Notes: generated from the sequence alone by a model not told the origin. A stretch of DNA of 57,095 nt from Minisyncoccota bacterium (GCA_031972835.1 DALYDX010000001.1:5852-62946); one strand, 5' to 3'. Counted from the first letter of the stretch, positions 26,496 through 35,971 are shown. Translations and numbers: made by a program.

Positions 26496-26682
26496 AGGAT
26501 TACTTACATGTATTACCGAGAACAACCAGTGTATGGGATCTTATCACTTTTATGATGTTGGTGGAGCTTCTCTGAGGCGACCGATACATCATATCGAGGG
26601 AACCCACGTAATAAAAGTACGCTACGGTAATCACGTCTTGGTAGTCCTAAAAAGTCTCTCTGCTTATGGCAGGGATTTTTTT
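26496..26682 (+). ncRNA. candidate structured RNA of about 190 nt (6S-like rod, or an aptamer-terminator leader of the downstream membrane-protein gene)
   Basis: The 5' AGGAUUAC (26496-26503) pairs with GUAGUCCU (26641-26648), AUUACCG (26512-18) pairs with CGGUAAU (26625-31), and UAUGAUGU (26551-58) pairs with ACAUCAUA (26586-93). A terminator hairpin at 26657-26675 is followed by T7. The segment looks more GC-rich than its flanks, and the overlapping ORF translation looks non-protein-like. Confidence 0.35.
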
Positions 26683-26706
26683 ATTTTATTAAAGTATAAT
26701 GTATTC

Positions 26707-27135
26707 ATGTCTATCGCAAAATATACTAAAATCCGTCTCTTGGGCTTAATTATCTTTATATTTGTGGTCAATTTATTGGCTATGAAGTTCTTTTGGTATA
26801 TAAGTATCTGGTGGTTTGATATGCCTATGCATTTTTTAGGTGGAGTATTCTTGGGATTTCTTTATGTGGCGCTAGGAACGTTTGTAAAATCAAGTTTTTT
26901 TACAAATCCATCGACTATTCTCAGACGAAAGAACGTTATTCAATTTATGACATTTGTTTTTGTTGTAGGATTTCTATGGGAATTGTATGAGATAGGAGTC
27001 GCTCGTATAACTTTGGGAGATTTAGGTACACCAATAGATTCTCTTAGTGATTTATTCTTTGATTTAGCTGGTGGAATATTTTCTTACATCTTGATGCTTC
27101 GAAATACATGGGCAAATGAAAAGAATACGCTATAA
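26707..27135 (+). CDS. hypothetical integral membrane protein
   Basis: The hydrophobic 142-aa product starts at the ATG at 26707 (MSIAKYTKIRLLGL...). The upstream part of track ORF 26416.. overlaps the RNA candidate. Confidence 0.55.
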   Translation: MSIAKYTKIRLLGLIIFIFVVNLLAMKFFWYISIWWFDMPMHFLGGVFLGFLYVALGTFVKSSFFTNPSTILRRKNVIQFMTFVFVVGFLWELYEIGVARITLGDLGTPIDSLSDLFFDLAGGIFSYILMLRNTWANEKNTL

Positions 27136-27143
27136 TATACGGG

Positions 27144-28511
27144 ATGGAAAAAAAAGAAGCTACAGTAACATTTTGCGCGGGTACAGGTACAGTGACCGGC
27201 GCCAACTTTCTCTTTGAAGCGGAAGGTCACAAGATTCTTGTGGACTGTGGTCTTACACAATCTACTAAACTTGCTGATGAAGCCAATTGGGGAGATTTTT
27301 CATATGACCCAAAAGAAATTGATGCACTATTTATCACTCATGCACATATTGATCATATAGGCCGTATACCGAAACTTTTCAAAGATGGTTTTAAAGGAGT
27401 TATATATTCGACAAAAGCTACACATGACTTGGCTTTGCCTATGCTGCTTGATACAACAGTTATTTTAGGTAGAGATACCGAAAATGGACTTGATGCAATA
27501 TACACAGAAGAAGCTGTGATGGAGATTATGAAACTTTGGAAAGGGTTAGATTATCATGAAAAAGTTGAAGAATTTTCTGGACTCAATATTTTTTACAAAG
27601 ACGCAGGGCATATATTGGGGTCTGGGATGCTCTATATAGTTTATAATGGCAAGAAAATTGTTTTCACTGGCGATCTTGGAAACTCACCATCACCAATACT
27701 CCTAGATACTGAAAAAGTAGATGATGCAGATTATATGATAATGGAATCTGTATATGGTGACCGCAATCATGAATCTCGCAATGAACGTAAAGCTCGCTTG
27801 CAAGCGATTATTCAGGATAACTATAAACGCAATGGCACACTTATCATCCCTACATTTTCGCTTGAACGTTCCCAGGAATTACTTTTTGAAATAAATGACC
27901 TTGTCGAAGGGGAGCGTATTCCAAAGATGCCGATATTCTTTGATTCACCACTTGCGATCCGACTTACAAAAATATATAAAAATTACGAAAAATTATTTAA
28001 TAAAAATGCACTAGAACACATAAATCATGGTGATAACATTTTTGATTTTCCAGGTCTGCACACTACACTTCGCACTGAGGAGTCGAAGCTTATTCTGAAG
28101 GCCCCAGATCCAAAGATAATTATTGCAGGAAGTGGTATGTCAAACGGTGGACGAATTGTTCATCATGAAAAGAATTATTTACCAGACCAAAACAACACAC
28201 TATTGCTCATAGGGTATCAATCTGCAGGAACTATGGGGCGAACTATAGAAGACGGAGCAAAGTTTGTGCATATTTTTGGTGAGGAAGTACCGGTACGTGC
28301 ACATATTGAGAAAATTAGTGGATATTCTGGACATAAAGATTCAGATAATTTGATCAATTTCGTATCTGATAGTGCAGAGGTTGTGAAGTGTGTGTATGTA
28401 GTTATGGGAGAACCAAAATCCTCATTATTTTTAGTTCAGAAACTACGAGATATATTTGGTATCGATGCGCGTGCTCCAAAAGTCGGTGACCGAGTTACTC
28501 TTTCATGCTAA
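27144..28511 (+). CDS. MBL-fold beta-CASP family RNA-metabolising hydrolase (RNase J/CPSF-like)
   Basis: HAHIDHIG metallo-beta-lactamase motif, a DAGH motif, and a beta-CASP-like C-terminal half. Confidence 0.75.
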   Translation: MEKKEATVTFCAGTGTVTGANFLFEAEGHKILVDCGLTQSTKLADEANWGDFSYDPKEIDALFITHAHIDHIGRIPKLFKDGFKGVIYSTKATHDLALPMLLDTTVILGRDTENGLDAIYTEEAVMEIMKLWKGLDYHEKVEEFSGLNIFYKDAGHILGSGMLYIVYNGKKIVFTGDLGNSPSPILLDTEKVDDADYMIMESVYGDRNHESRNERKARLQAIIQDNYKRNGTLIIPTFSLERSQELLFEINDLVEGERIPKMPIFFDSPLAIRLTKIYKNYEKLFNKNALEHINHGDNIFDFPGLHTTLRTEESKLILKAPDPKIIIAGSGMSNGGRIVHHEKNYLPDQNNTLLLIGYQSAGTMGRTIEDGAKFVHIFGEEVPVRAHIEKISGYSGHKDSDNLINFVSDSAEVVKCVYVVMGEPKSSLFLVQKLRDIFGIDARAPKVGDRVTLSC

Positions 28512-28522
28512 TATAGTTACAT

Positions 28523-29140
28523 ATGGATAAAGAATATTTATGTTATAACGGGCCGATTGGCAATGGTGATAAGCACAATCATTTAAAAATAAAGTTAGGA
28601 ATATCAGGTGCGGCTGAAACTGGCCATTGTGGAGTCGACGCTCTCGAAAAGGCGAAAGAGCTTGGTAGGGAAATAATTCGCCAAGGTGGAATATTGGTTT
28701 CTGGTGCAACAACTGGTTTTCCACTTTGGGCCGCCATGGGTGCAAAAGAAGAAAAGGGTATGTCCATAGGGCTCTCTCCAGCTTCTACAGAAAAAGAACA
28801 CGTAGAGACATATAAGCTACCTTTGGATTATATGGATTTGATCATATATACAGGTTTTGGGTATTCTGGTAGGGACTTACTTTTCACTCGTACTTGTGAC
28901 GCAGTATTTATAGGTTGTGGTCGCATAGGCACAATACACGAGTTTACAATTGCTTTTGAAGACAATAAGCCTATCGGAATACTCGAAGGAGATTGGGATA
29001 CAGCAAAAGACATAAAGACATTGCTCGAAAATGGTCACCGGCCAAACTCTAAGATTGTTTTCGATTCTGATCCAAAAGAACTTGTAAGAAAAGTTATGAA
29101 GCTTGTTGAAGCAGATAAAGTAAAAGAATTTACTTTATAA
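28523..29140 (+). CDS. TIGR00725/LOG-like (SLOG) Rossmann-fold protein
   Basis: GISGAA...LGREIIRQGGILVSGATTG...GLSP...GRIGTIHEF pattern. Confidence 0.55.
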   Translation: MDKEYLCYNGPIGNGDKHNHLKIKLGISGAAETGHCGVDALEKAKELGREIIRQGGILVSGATTGFPLWAAMGAKEEKGMSIGLSPASTEKEHVETYKLPLDYMDLIIYTGFGYSGRDLLFTRTCDAVFIGCGRIGTIHEFTIAFEDNKPIGILEGDWDTAKDIKTLLENGHRPNSKIVFDSDPKELVRKVMKLVEADKVKEFTL

Positions 29141-29206
29141 AAATATATTTAAAATAAACAAAAAAATCCGTTATGCGGATTTTTTTGTTTATTTTATTAT
29201 TAGTTT

Positions 29207-29551
29207 TTACGCTACCTGTTTGAATATTTTTTCAAAAGTCGCTGGGTTTTCGATAGCAATTTGTGAGAGTATCTTTCGATCTAGTCCGATTTCTTTCTTC
29301 TTTAGCTTGTCGATAAATTTACTGTATGAAAGTCCTAGTGGTCTTACTGCAGCGTTGATATCAACTTGCCAGCCCTTTCGGCGATCTGATTTCTTGTCTC
29401 GGCGGTGAGCAAAAGCATGTGTTCCTGCGTGTGCGATAGCTTCCTTTGCTTGCGCTTCCTTTGTACTTCTACCAAAACGATATCCTTTAGTTTTTGATAG
29501 GACATTCTTTCGGCGCTTATTCTTTATAACTCCTCTTTTTACGCGTGACAT
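29207..29551 (-). CDS. rplT: 50S ribosomal protein L20
   Basis: MSRVKRGVIKNKRRKNVL is L20-like. Confidence 0.95.
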   Translation of the reverse strand: MSRVKRGVIKNKRRKNVLSKTKGYRFGRSTKEAQAKEAIAHAGTHAFAHRRDKKSDRRKGWQVDINAAVRPLGLSYSKFIDKLKKKEIGLDRKILSQIAIENPATFEKIFKQVA

Positions 29552-29552
29552 A

Positions 29553-29738
29553 TTAGTTGTTTGGAAGCATTTGGCTTCTTATCTTATTTTTCATAATAAA
29601 CTCTTTCATCTTGCGACCTGCAAGTTGGTCTGTACGACTTTGTTTTGCATTAAAGTGGTTGAAGCCTGGTGCTCGACCTAAAAGCTTACCACTTTTGGTT
29701 TGTTTTAGTCTTTTTGAATATGATTTATTTGTTTTCAT
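29553..29738 (-). CDS. rpmI: 50S ribosomal protein L35
   Basis: MKTNKSYSKRLKQTKSGKL is L35-like and sits between infC and rplT. Confidence 0.9.
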   Translation of the reverse strand: MKTNKSYSKRLKQTKSGKLLGRAPGFNHFNAKQSRTDQLAGRKMKEFIMKNKIRSQMLPNN

Positions 29739-29758
29739 AATATTTTTATTATTAAATG

Positions 29759-30271
29759 TTATTTTTTGGAATCTTTTTCAAGTGTAACTGTGATACCTTT
29801 TGGTCCGCGTTTGTAGGACTCACTGACTCTATATTCCTCGGTTATGAGGTGTAATATGCGGTCTAGGCGTTCACGCAAGAATGCATCAGCCATATATTTA
29901 GCGCGACCAGACAAGAAAAGTTCTACTTTTATTCGGTGACCTTCCTTGAGCCATTTTGAAGTCTGTTTAGCCTTGAGCTCTAGGTCGTGTTCTCCTGTAG
30001 CAATCTTTACTTGAATTGATTTTGTTTCTGTAGGTTTCGCTCCAGCCTTTGCTTTCTTTTGTTTTTTGTTTTGCTCGTACTGATATTTACCAAAATCCAT
30101 TATTTTTGCAACTGGTGGATTTGCATTCGGTGATATTTCAATAAGATCAACACCTTGCGCGATTGCCATATCCAGAGCTTCTTTAAACGAGAGTACACCC
30201 AAATTGCCATTTTCACTATCTATGACTCTTAGTTCTTTTGCTCTTATTTGGTTGTTTATGCGTTCTCGCAA
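29759..30271 (-). CDS. infC: translation initiation factor IF-3
   Basis: INNQIRAKELRVIDSENG..LGV is IF-3-like. TTG start, and infC-rpmI-rplT order. Confidence 0.93.
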   Translation of the reverse strand: MRERINNQIRAKELRVIDSENGNLGVLSFKEALDMAIAQGVDLIEISPNANPPVAKIMDFGKYQYEQNKKQKKAKAGAKPTETKSIQVKIATGEHDLELKAKQTSKWLKEGHRIKVELFLSGRAKYMADAFLRERLDRILHLITEEYRVSESYKRGPKGITVTLEKDSKK

Positions 30272-30390
30272 GCTACAAAATGTTTAAGAAAACAGGTAAA
30301 TTAGTTAGCAATACCTTGGTCCCCATAATAGCCTTTTACGTATGAAAAGTCAATAAATACAGTCTTTTGCCAATATGGTACGCTAGAGGC

Positions 30391-31134
30391 ATGGGACCAA
30401 TGCTTTTATACAAGAAATTAGGGGAAACACCCCTTGAAGCAATCGAGCGTTTTCGACTTATAAACCCTTTGTACAAGAATGTGCCCATGACCTATGCGGG
30501 TAGGCTTGATCCAGCTGCTGAAGGCTTGCTAGTACTGTTAGCAGGGGATCTTTGTAAGGAAAAGGACTTATATACAAAACTTCCAAAAGTTTATGAGGTG
30601 AAGATGCTTTTTGGGTTCTCTACTGATACACATGATTTACTAGGTATTCCCGTAGAAAAGAAAAATAAAATAACCCTATCATTGGAAGATATTGAAACAG
30701 AATTAAGAAAAATTTTTACCAATACTCCAATTACCATAAATCAAAAATATCCAGCGTATTCGTCAAAAACTGTTGGAGGAGAATCTCTGATTAGTCTGGC
30801 GCGAAAAGGTATAGCAGTGGCTTTACCTAAACACAAGGTTGAGCTATACAGTGGAGAAATAAAATCCACTGAAACACTCTCTAGTATACAGATCGAAAGC
30901 AGAGTTAGAGAAATTTGCGATCTTGTGAGTGGTGATTTTCGTCAAGAGGAAACACTTGTTGCTTGGAGGAAAATTCTAAAGAATTGGGGGCACTTTACAG
31001 TTGTAACTTGTACGATTAGTGTTGGATCTGGATTCTATGTTAGAACCTTTGTAGATGATATAGGTAAAAAGTTAAAAACTGGTGCAGTGGTGTATTCACT
31101 CAAGCGTACAAGTGTAGGGGATTATAAAATATAA
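30391..31134 (+). CDS. truB: tRNA pseudouridine synthase, TruB-like
   Basis: AGRLDPAAEGLLVLLAG resembles the catalytic-Asp motif GTLDPxAxGvL. The start is ambiguous (30367 TTG, 30391 or 30400 ATG). Confidence 0.6.
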   Translation: MGPMLLYKKLGETPLEAIERFRLINPLYKNVPMTYAGRLDPAAEGLLVLLAGDLCKEKDLYTKLPKVYEVKMLFGFSTDTHDLLGIPVEKKNKITLSLEDIETELRKIFTNTPITINQKYPAYSSKTVGGESLISLARKGIAVALPKHKVELYSGEIKSTETLSSIQIESRVREICDLVSGDFRQEETLVAWRKILKNWGHFTVVTCTISVGSGFYVRTFVDDIGKKLKTGAVVYSLKRTSVGDYKI

Positions 31135-31160
31135 AACGCGCACAATGCGCGTTTTCTTTT

Positions 31161-31562
31161 TTAATTTTTACAAAATTCACCAATATTTTCGATAATGTAT
31201 TGGTTTGTATTTTTTTTAAGCAAACCAGATTGATTGTGTATTTCATTGGAAGGGAATATACATATTGCCCCAAAGATCTTTGAAGTAATCTTAATATTTC
31301 CATTTTCTTCAACAATACAGTCATCTTTGTCTGTGTTTATAGAAAAAATACTAAAAACATTTTTTACCTTGAACCATTTGAATGTTTCTTTTTTCCACTT
31401 TGCATGGTCTTTGGTCTGGATAAAAACAACATTTCCATCTTTTGTTGTACAGACATGTTCAATCCATCCACGACACAATTTTCCTTGGTGCCAAAATTCT
31501 ACAATTCGATTTGCAGTTTCGAAGTCGGTAAATATTTTCTTCAGGTTTCGGATTTCATTCAT
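31161..31562 (-). CDS. hypothetical protein
   Basis: 133-aa ORF with no recognisable motif. Confidence 0.45.
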   Translation of the reverse strand: MNEIRNLKKIFTDFETANRIVEFWHQGKLCRGWIEHVCTTKDGNVVFIQTKDHAKWKKETFKWFKVKNVFSIFSINTDKDDCIVEENGNIKITSKIFGAICIFPSNEIHNQSGLLKKNTNQYIIENIGEFCKN

Positions 31563-32040
31563 AAGGTGCGTTTTTGTTATTTAATCATAAAAATGGCGAG
31601 ATGTCAAAGGGAAAATAAATAGCCGATATTATCGGCTATTATTACTTTAAAATTCTTGATGCTTCATTGACGGCAAAGAATGCAGCTTCACTGGATTTTG
31701 GGTTTTTTCCAAGTTTTGTCCAGTCTACTTCATCACGCGCTTCGATTGTGTTGCTTGGTATTAGTGTAATTTCTTTTATCAATGCAAGTTGGTTTATGAT
31801 TTTTTTGTCTAACATATGCGTTTTTTTGTCAGTATAAAATAAAAAATAGGTGAGAGCAAGTATGAAGATGGAAGTCGGTTACAGATATTTTTCTGCTGAA
31901 AAATTCCTCGAACTCGCCTCGCACCAGTCGCGCTACGGCTTTCAACTCCCCACGAAAGCAAATCGGGAAAGTCTCTCCTTACAGGAGCAGTAAAGCTTCT
32001 CCCACGTGAAGCGTGCAGACACTTCATTCATTTCCACTAA

Positions 32041-32075
32041 AAAAATAAAAGCGCCTTTTGGGCGCTAATATTTTT
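32041..32075 (-). terminator. bidirectional intrinsic terminator downstream of ssrA
   Basis: Hairpin agcgcc-ttttg-ggcgct flanked by an A-run and a T-run. Confidence 0.7.
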
Positions 32076-32080
32076 ACTAG

Positions 32081-32464
32081 TGGAAATGGGGGGAGTCGAA
32101 CCCCCGTGCAAGGGAGATTTCATACAAGATCTACGTGTGTAGTTTATTTTATTTGTTTAGAGACTGTATCTATAAAATAGACAAAATAATACAGCCTCGA
32201 TTCTCAATTGTTTCGGATTCTAGCTGAGAAGAGAAAGATTCCTATCCCGATAGATGTTGCCTCATGTATTTCATCGGAAGTCGAACACAGAGACACTCGC
32301 GAGCTTACGCTCGAGCGAGAGCAAGATCAGCCATACCGAAATATGGTGATGTTACCTTACCAAATGTTTTTGCATTTGAGTTTTGTGCGATGTTTAACGA
32401 GCGTTTCGCACGAGCTCGACACGCATCATACAAAATTATTCCTTTGTCGATGCCTTACATTCCC
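32081..32464 (-). ncRNA. ssrA: tmRNA (SsrA)
   Basis: On the minus strand the 5' end reads GGGAAUGUAAGGCAUCGACAAAGG. The 3' end reads GGGGGUUCGACUCCCCC-CAUUUCC-A. The acceptor stem GGGAAUG/CAUUUCC contains G3:U70. An internal reading frame GCA AAA ACA...GCU CUC GCU CGA GCG UAA predicts the tag AKTFGKVTSPYFGMADLALARA. The RNA starts 6 nt after the smpB stop. Confidence 0.85.
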
Positions 32465-32470
32465 AATATT

Positions 32471-32914
32471 CTACATTTTCAATGTTCTACTGATTTCACG
32501 ATCCGTATCACGCTTTTTCAAAGTTTCTCGTTTATCAAATTTCTTTTTACCACGAGCCACTGCGACAGAGACCTTTATTTTCGGACCTTTATTATACAAT
32601 GATATAGGTATCAATGTCAATCCTCTTGTGGATTCGGTTTTTGCTAAAGTCTCGATTTCTTTTTTATTTAAAAGCAACCGTCTTGTTCGAAGTGGGTCGT
32701 AGTCTTCTTTGGTGTTGTTTGGTTGATATGGAGATATTCCCAAACCCAAGACATATGCTTCGCCCCCTCGGATTATTACCCGTGCTCCTTCGAGTGTTGC
32801 CTTGCCTGTGCGTATAGCCTTAACCTCAAGACCAAAAAGCTCGATTCCAGCTTCTATTTTTTCCAAGAATTCGTAGTTAAAATGAGCTTTTCGGTTTTCA
32901 GCATATGTAGCCAT
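32471..32914 (-). CDS. smpB: SsrA-binding protein SmpB
   Basis: MATYAENRKAHFNYEFLEKIEAGIELFGLEVKAIR is SmpB-like, and the gene is adjacent to ssrA. Confidence 0.93.
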   Translation of the reverse strand: MATYAENRKAHFNYEFLEKIEAGIELFGLEVKAIRTGKATLEGARVIIRGGEAYVLGLGISPYQPNNTKEDYDPLRTRRLLLNKKEIETLAKTESTRGLTLIPISLYNKGPKIKVSVAVARGKKKFDKRETLKKRDTDREISRTLKM

Positions 32915-33195
32915 GGAAAGATTGTAACACATTTATTTTTAATGATTTTCTAGTCTAGAATATCTCAAATGCTTTTTGCTTTGAGAGTGAGTGGGCGGGG
33001 AAAGGGGCGATTAGGATATCGTGTCGTGAGACACGGGGAAAATTCTAGTTTTCCCCGTAGAGGAGAGTAGTGAAGCGTTGAGAACCGAGAGGTTCTCAAA
33101 AATAAACTCGCCTCGTCTAGTATCCTAGTCAATGAACTAGAGAGAGTTATAGACGAGGCGAGTTTATTGGTGTATAGTGAGGTACATTTATATAT

Positions 33196-35112
33196 ATGCA
33201 ATCACCATTAAAAAACTTGAAAAATCTTAAGCCAAAGGGGAACAAGCCCGCTATGAAGAAGACCACAATCAGTAATCATATTATTACTGCGTTTTTGATA
33301 TTCATGTTGATTTCTGCACTCTATACAGTCCTCACAGAAAACAAAAAGGAAGTAAAAGACGTGACTCTTTCTGAGGTAGCTACACTGATTGAAAATGGTC
33401 AGATCAAGACTATAGAAGTAGACGGAGACGTATTGAATATAGAGCTTGTTGATGGGACACTACAAAGATCTAAAAAAGAGCTGGAGTCTTCACTTTCTGA
33501 GACTTTGGCAAACTATGGTGTGCCAGCCGAAAAGATTTCCTCTACTCCGATTAGTATAAAAAGTCAGACAGGATTTGGATATTGGCTCTTAACAATACTA
33601 CCGATACTTATCCCGGTTATTTTCATAGTAATTTTCTTCTGGTTTATTTCTCGCCAAGCAAAAGGTGCAGGTATGCAAGCATTCTCTTTCGGTCAATCAA
33701 AAGCAAAACTTACCGACCCAAATGACAAAAACAACCGAGTTACTTTCAAAGACGTTGCAGGTTCAAAAGAAGCAAAAGAAGAATTGAAAGAAATCGTAGA
33801 CTTTCTTCGCAATCCAAAAAAGTTTTTAGATATTGGTGCACGTATTCCAAAAGGAGTATTGCTCACAGGTGTTCCAGGAACAGGAAAAACACTTCTTGCT
33901 CGTGCAGTAGCAGGGGAGGCTGGGGTGCCATTCTTTCATCTGTCAGGTTCAGAATTTGTAGAGATGTTCGTGGGTGTGGGAGCGAGTCGTGTGCGTGACT
34001 TATTTCAAATTGCAAAACGCACAGCACCAGCGATTATTTTCATAGATGAGATAGATGCAGTCGGACGCGTACGTGGTACTGGTGTTGGCGGTGGAAACGA
34101 TGAACGTGAACAAACTCTAAACCAGATTCTTGTCGAGATGGACGGATTCGAACCAAACGAAAAGGTGATTGTTATGGCTGCGACAAACCGATCCGACGTG
34201 CTCGATCCAGCTCTACTTCGCCCGGGACGTTTTGACAGACGAGTAATACTCGATCTTCCAGATCGAAGAGATCGCGAAGAAATTTTAGCTATACACGCAA
34301 TCAAAAAGCCACTTGCTGAAGATGTGAATATGAAGATCATCGCAGAACGTACACCAGGATTTTCTGGAGCAGACTTGTATTCACTTATGAACGAGGGTGC
34401 GATACTCGCTGCGCGTGAAGACCGCAAGAAAGTTGCGCAGTTTGACCTGATTCGATCAATTGAAAAAGTCATGATGGGCCCTGAACGCAAAAGTCACTTA
34501 CTTTCTCCTCAAGAGAAAAAGATAACTGCATACCATGAAGCAGGACATGCGGTTGTAGCATCTGTTCTGCCATACGCAGATCCTGTACACAAAGTTTCTA
34601 TTGTTGCACGTGGACGTGCTGGTGGTTACACACTCAAGCTTCCACTTGAAGATCGTAAGCTCCAGTCTCGAAAAGAATTCCTAGATGATATAGCAATGTC
34701 TCTCGGTGGCTATGTAGCAGAGGAGATGATTTTCGGTGACATCACCACAGGTCCATCGAACGATCTTCAAGTATCTTCGTCTCTCGCTCGCGCGATGGTT
34801 ACTCGATGGGGTATGAGTGATTTGATTGGTCCTGTGGCACTAGAAAGTGATGGAGGAAAAGCGATGTTTGGACGTGGAGTAGAAGATCGTGAATATTCTG
34901 AAACAATGTCTACAAAAATTGACGGTGAGGTAAAAAGGATTTTGGATGAAGCACTCGAAAAAGCTCGTACGGTACTCACAGAAAACCGTAAGTGTCTTGA
35001 TGCTGTTGCAGACAAATTGATTGAAGTAGAAACACTCGAACAACCAGAATATGAAGAGATCATAAAAGCTCATGGAATTAGTCCTAAAAAGAAATCAGAA
35101 GTAAAAGCATAA
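33196..35112 (+). CDS. ftsH: ATP-dependent zinc metalloprotease FtsH
   Basis: Walker A GVPGTGKT, an AAA second region of homology, and the HEAGH zinc motif. Confidence 0.97.
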   Translation: MQSPLKNLKNLKPKGNKPAMKKTTISNHIITAFLIFMLISALYTVLTENKKEVKDVTLSEVATLIENGQIKTIEVDGDVLNIELVDGTLQRSKKELESSLSETLANYGVPAEKISSTPISIKSQTGFGYWLLTILPILIPVIFIVIFFWFISRQAKGAGMQAFSFGQSKAKLTDPNDKNNRVTFKDVAGSKEAKEELKEIVDFLRNPKKFLDIGARIPKGVLLTGVPGTGKTLLARAVAGEAGVPFFHLSGSEFVEMFVGVGASRVRDLFQIAKRTAPAIIFIDEIDAVGRVRGTGVGGGNDEREQTLNQILVEMDGFEPNEKVIVMAATNRSDVLDPALLRPGRFDRRVILDLPDRRDREEILAIHAIKKPLAEDVNMKIIAERTPGFSGADLYSLMNEGAILAAREDRKKVAQFDLIRSIEKVMMGPERKSHLLSPQEKKITAYHEAGHAVVASVLPYADPVHKVSIVARGRAGGYTLKLPLEDRKLQSRKEFLDDIAMSLGGYVAEEMIFGDITTGPSNDLQVSSSLARAMVTRWGMSDLIGPVALESDGGKAMFGRGVEDREYSETMSTKIDGEVKRILDEALEKARTVLTENRKCLDAVADKLIEVETLEQPEYEEIIKAHGISPKKKSEVKA

Positions 35113-35184
35113 AAAATATCCACGCAATTGCGTGGATATTTTTTATGCTAAACTTATATTATTAGCAATTATTTAATTATTTTT

Positions 35185-35397
35185 ATGTCACACCTTAAAC
35201 AAATAGCGATATATACTCTTGTAACAGCAGTCGCAATCCTTACTTTGATAGCCGTACTCTCGATTTGGGATGTTCTGTCAAAGGAAGTACTAGGTAAGTC
35301 ACTTTCTACTATTGGTGTAGTAGCATTTGGAGCGCTCATCGTTGTAATCGCATCTCAAGCCCTAGAGAACAAGAATAACACTAACCATCCTCTATAA
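35185..35397 (+). CDS. small hypothetical membrane protein
   Basis: 70 aa with two hydrophobic helices. Confidence 0.45.
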   Translation: MSHLKQIAIYTLVTAVAILTLIAVLSIWDVLSKEVLGKSLSTIGVVAFGALIVVIASQALENKNNTNHPL

Positions 35398-35398
35398 C

Positions 35399-35878
35399 AT
35401 GGGATCAGATATTTTTACAAAACCAATAGGGAGATGGCACTATCTACTCGCCAATATTTTCATTGGTGTACTTTTGGTTGGTTTAATGAAGATTATTTTT
35501 GGCTCGAGCACTCCTGGTCGTATGTCGACCGAAATTTATATAGAGAAGTTCGTGGAATTTATCCCATTACTTCTTTTGTTTATATCGGCAAAAGTTATTG
35601 TTGCTTACAAAAGATTGCGTGATATAACGCTCGATAGAAGATATTTATATTTACTAATTCTGCCAGCCATTGGATCTCTAATGAAGGTTGGTACTATGGG
35701 AATGGATTTCTCATTTCATTCTATCAATTTTTTTATCCCACATAGGGGTTCATTTTTTGACTACTCAATAATCTTCTCACTTATTGGACTTGGTAATCTG
35801 ATTTTCGGACTCTATCTTTTACTCAAGAAAGGAGACAGAGAAAAAGCACCTTCTATATTTGAACAAAAGCCAATATAG
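35399..35878 (+). CDS. DUF805-like membrane protein
   Basis: Hydrophobic protein. AYKRLRDI resembles the RRLHD motif of DUF805. Confidence 0.4.
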   Translation: MGSDIFTKPIGRWHYLLANIFIGVLLVGLMKIIFGSSTPGRMSTEIYIEKFVEFIPLLLLFISAKVIVAYKRLRDITLDRRYLYLLILPAIGSLMKVGTMGMDFSFHSINFFIPHRGSFFDYSIIFSLIGLGNLIFGLYLLLKKGDREKAPSIFEQKPI

Positions 35879-35971
35879 ACCCAACAATAAAATCCCTCAG
35901 TCAAACTGAGGGATTTTATTGTTGTTGACATATTTATATTTTGTAATAATGTAAATAAAAATGTTTTTATT

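Noticed and set aside
26416-26706. N-terminal 97 codons of track ORF 26416-27135
   Set aside because: The ORF starts at a TTG in the ndk terminator region and spans a promoter, a helix-rich segment and an intrinsic terminator. The hydrophobic protein plausibly begins at the ATG at 26707.
31887-31905. Hammerhead or other small self-cleaving ribozyme core in the ttttCTGCTGAaaa motif shared by the two GC-rich islands
   Set aside because: The sequence is CUGCUGA, not the CUGAUGA core, and the other conserved elements (GAAA and the three-stem junction) are not identifiable.
31809-32702. ORFs 31809-32027 (-), 32208-32702 (+) and 32264-32602 (+)
   Set aside because: They overlap the tmRNA gene or the GC-rich island beside it. 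The translations are Arg/Ser-rich and non-protein-like.
32965-33201. ORF 32965-33201 (-)
   Set aside because: It coincides with the four-hairpin intergenic island between smpB and ftsH and is unlikely to be coding.
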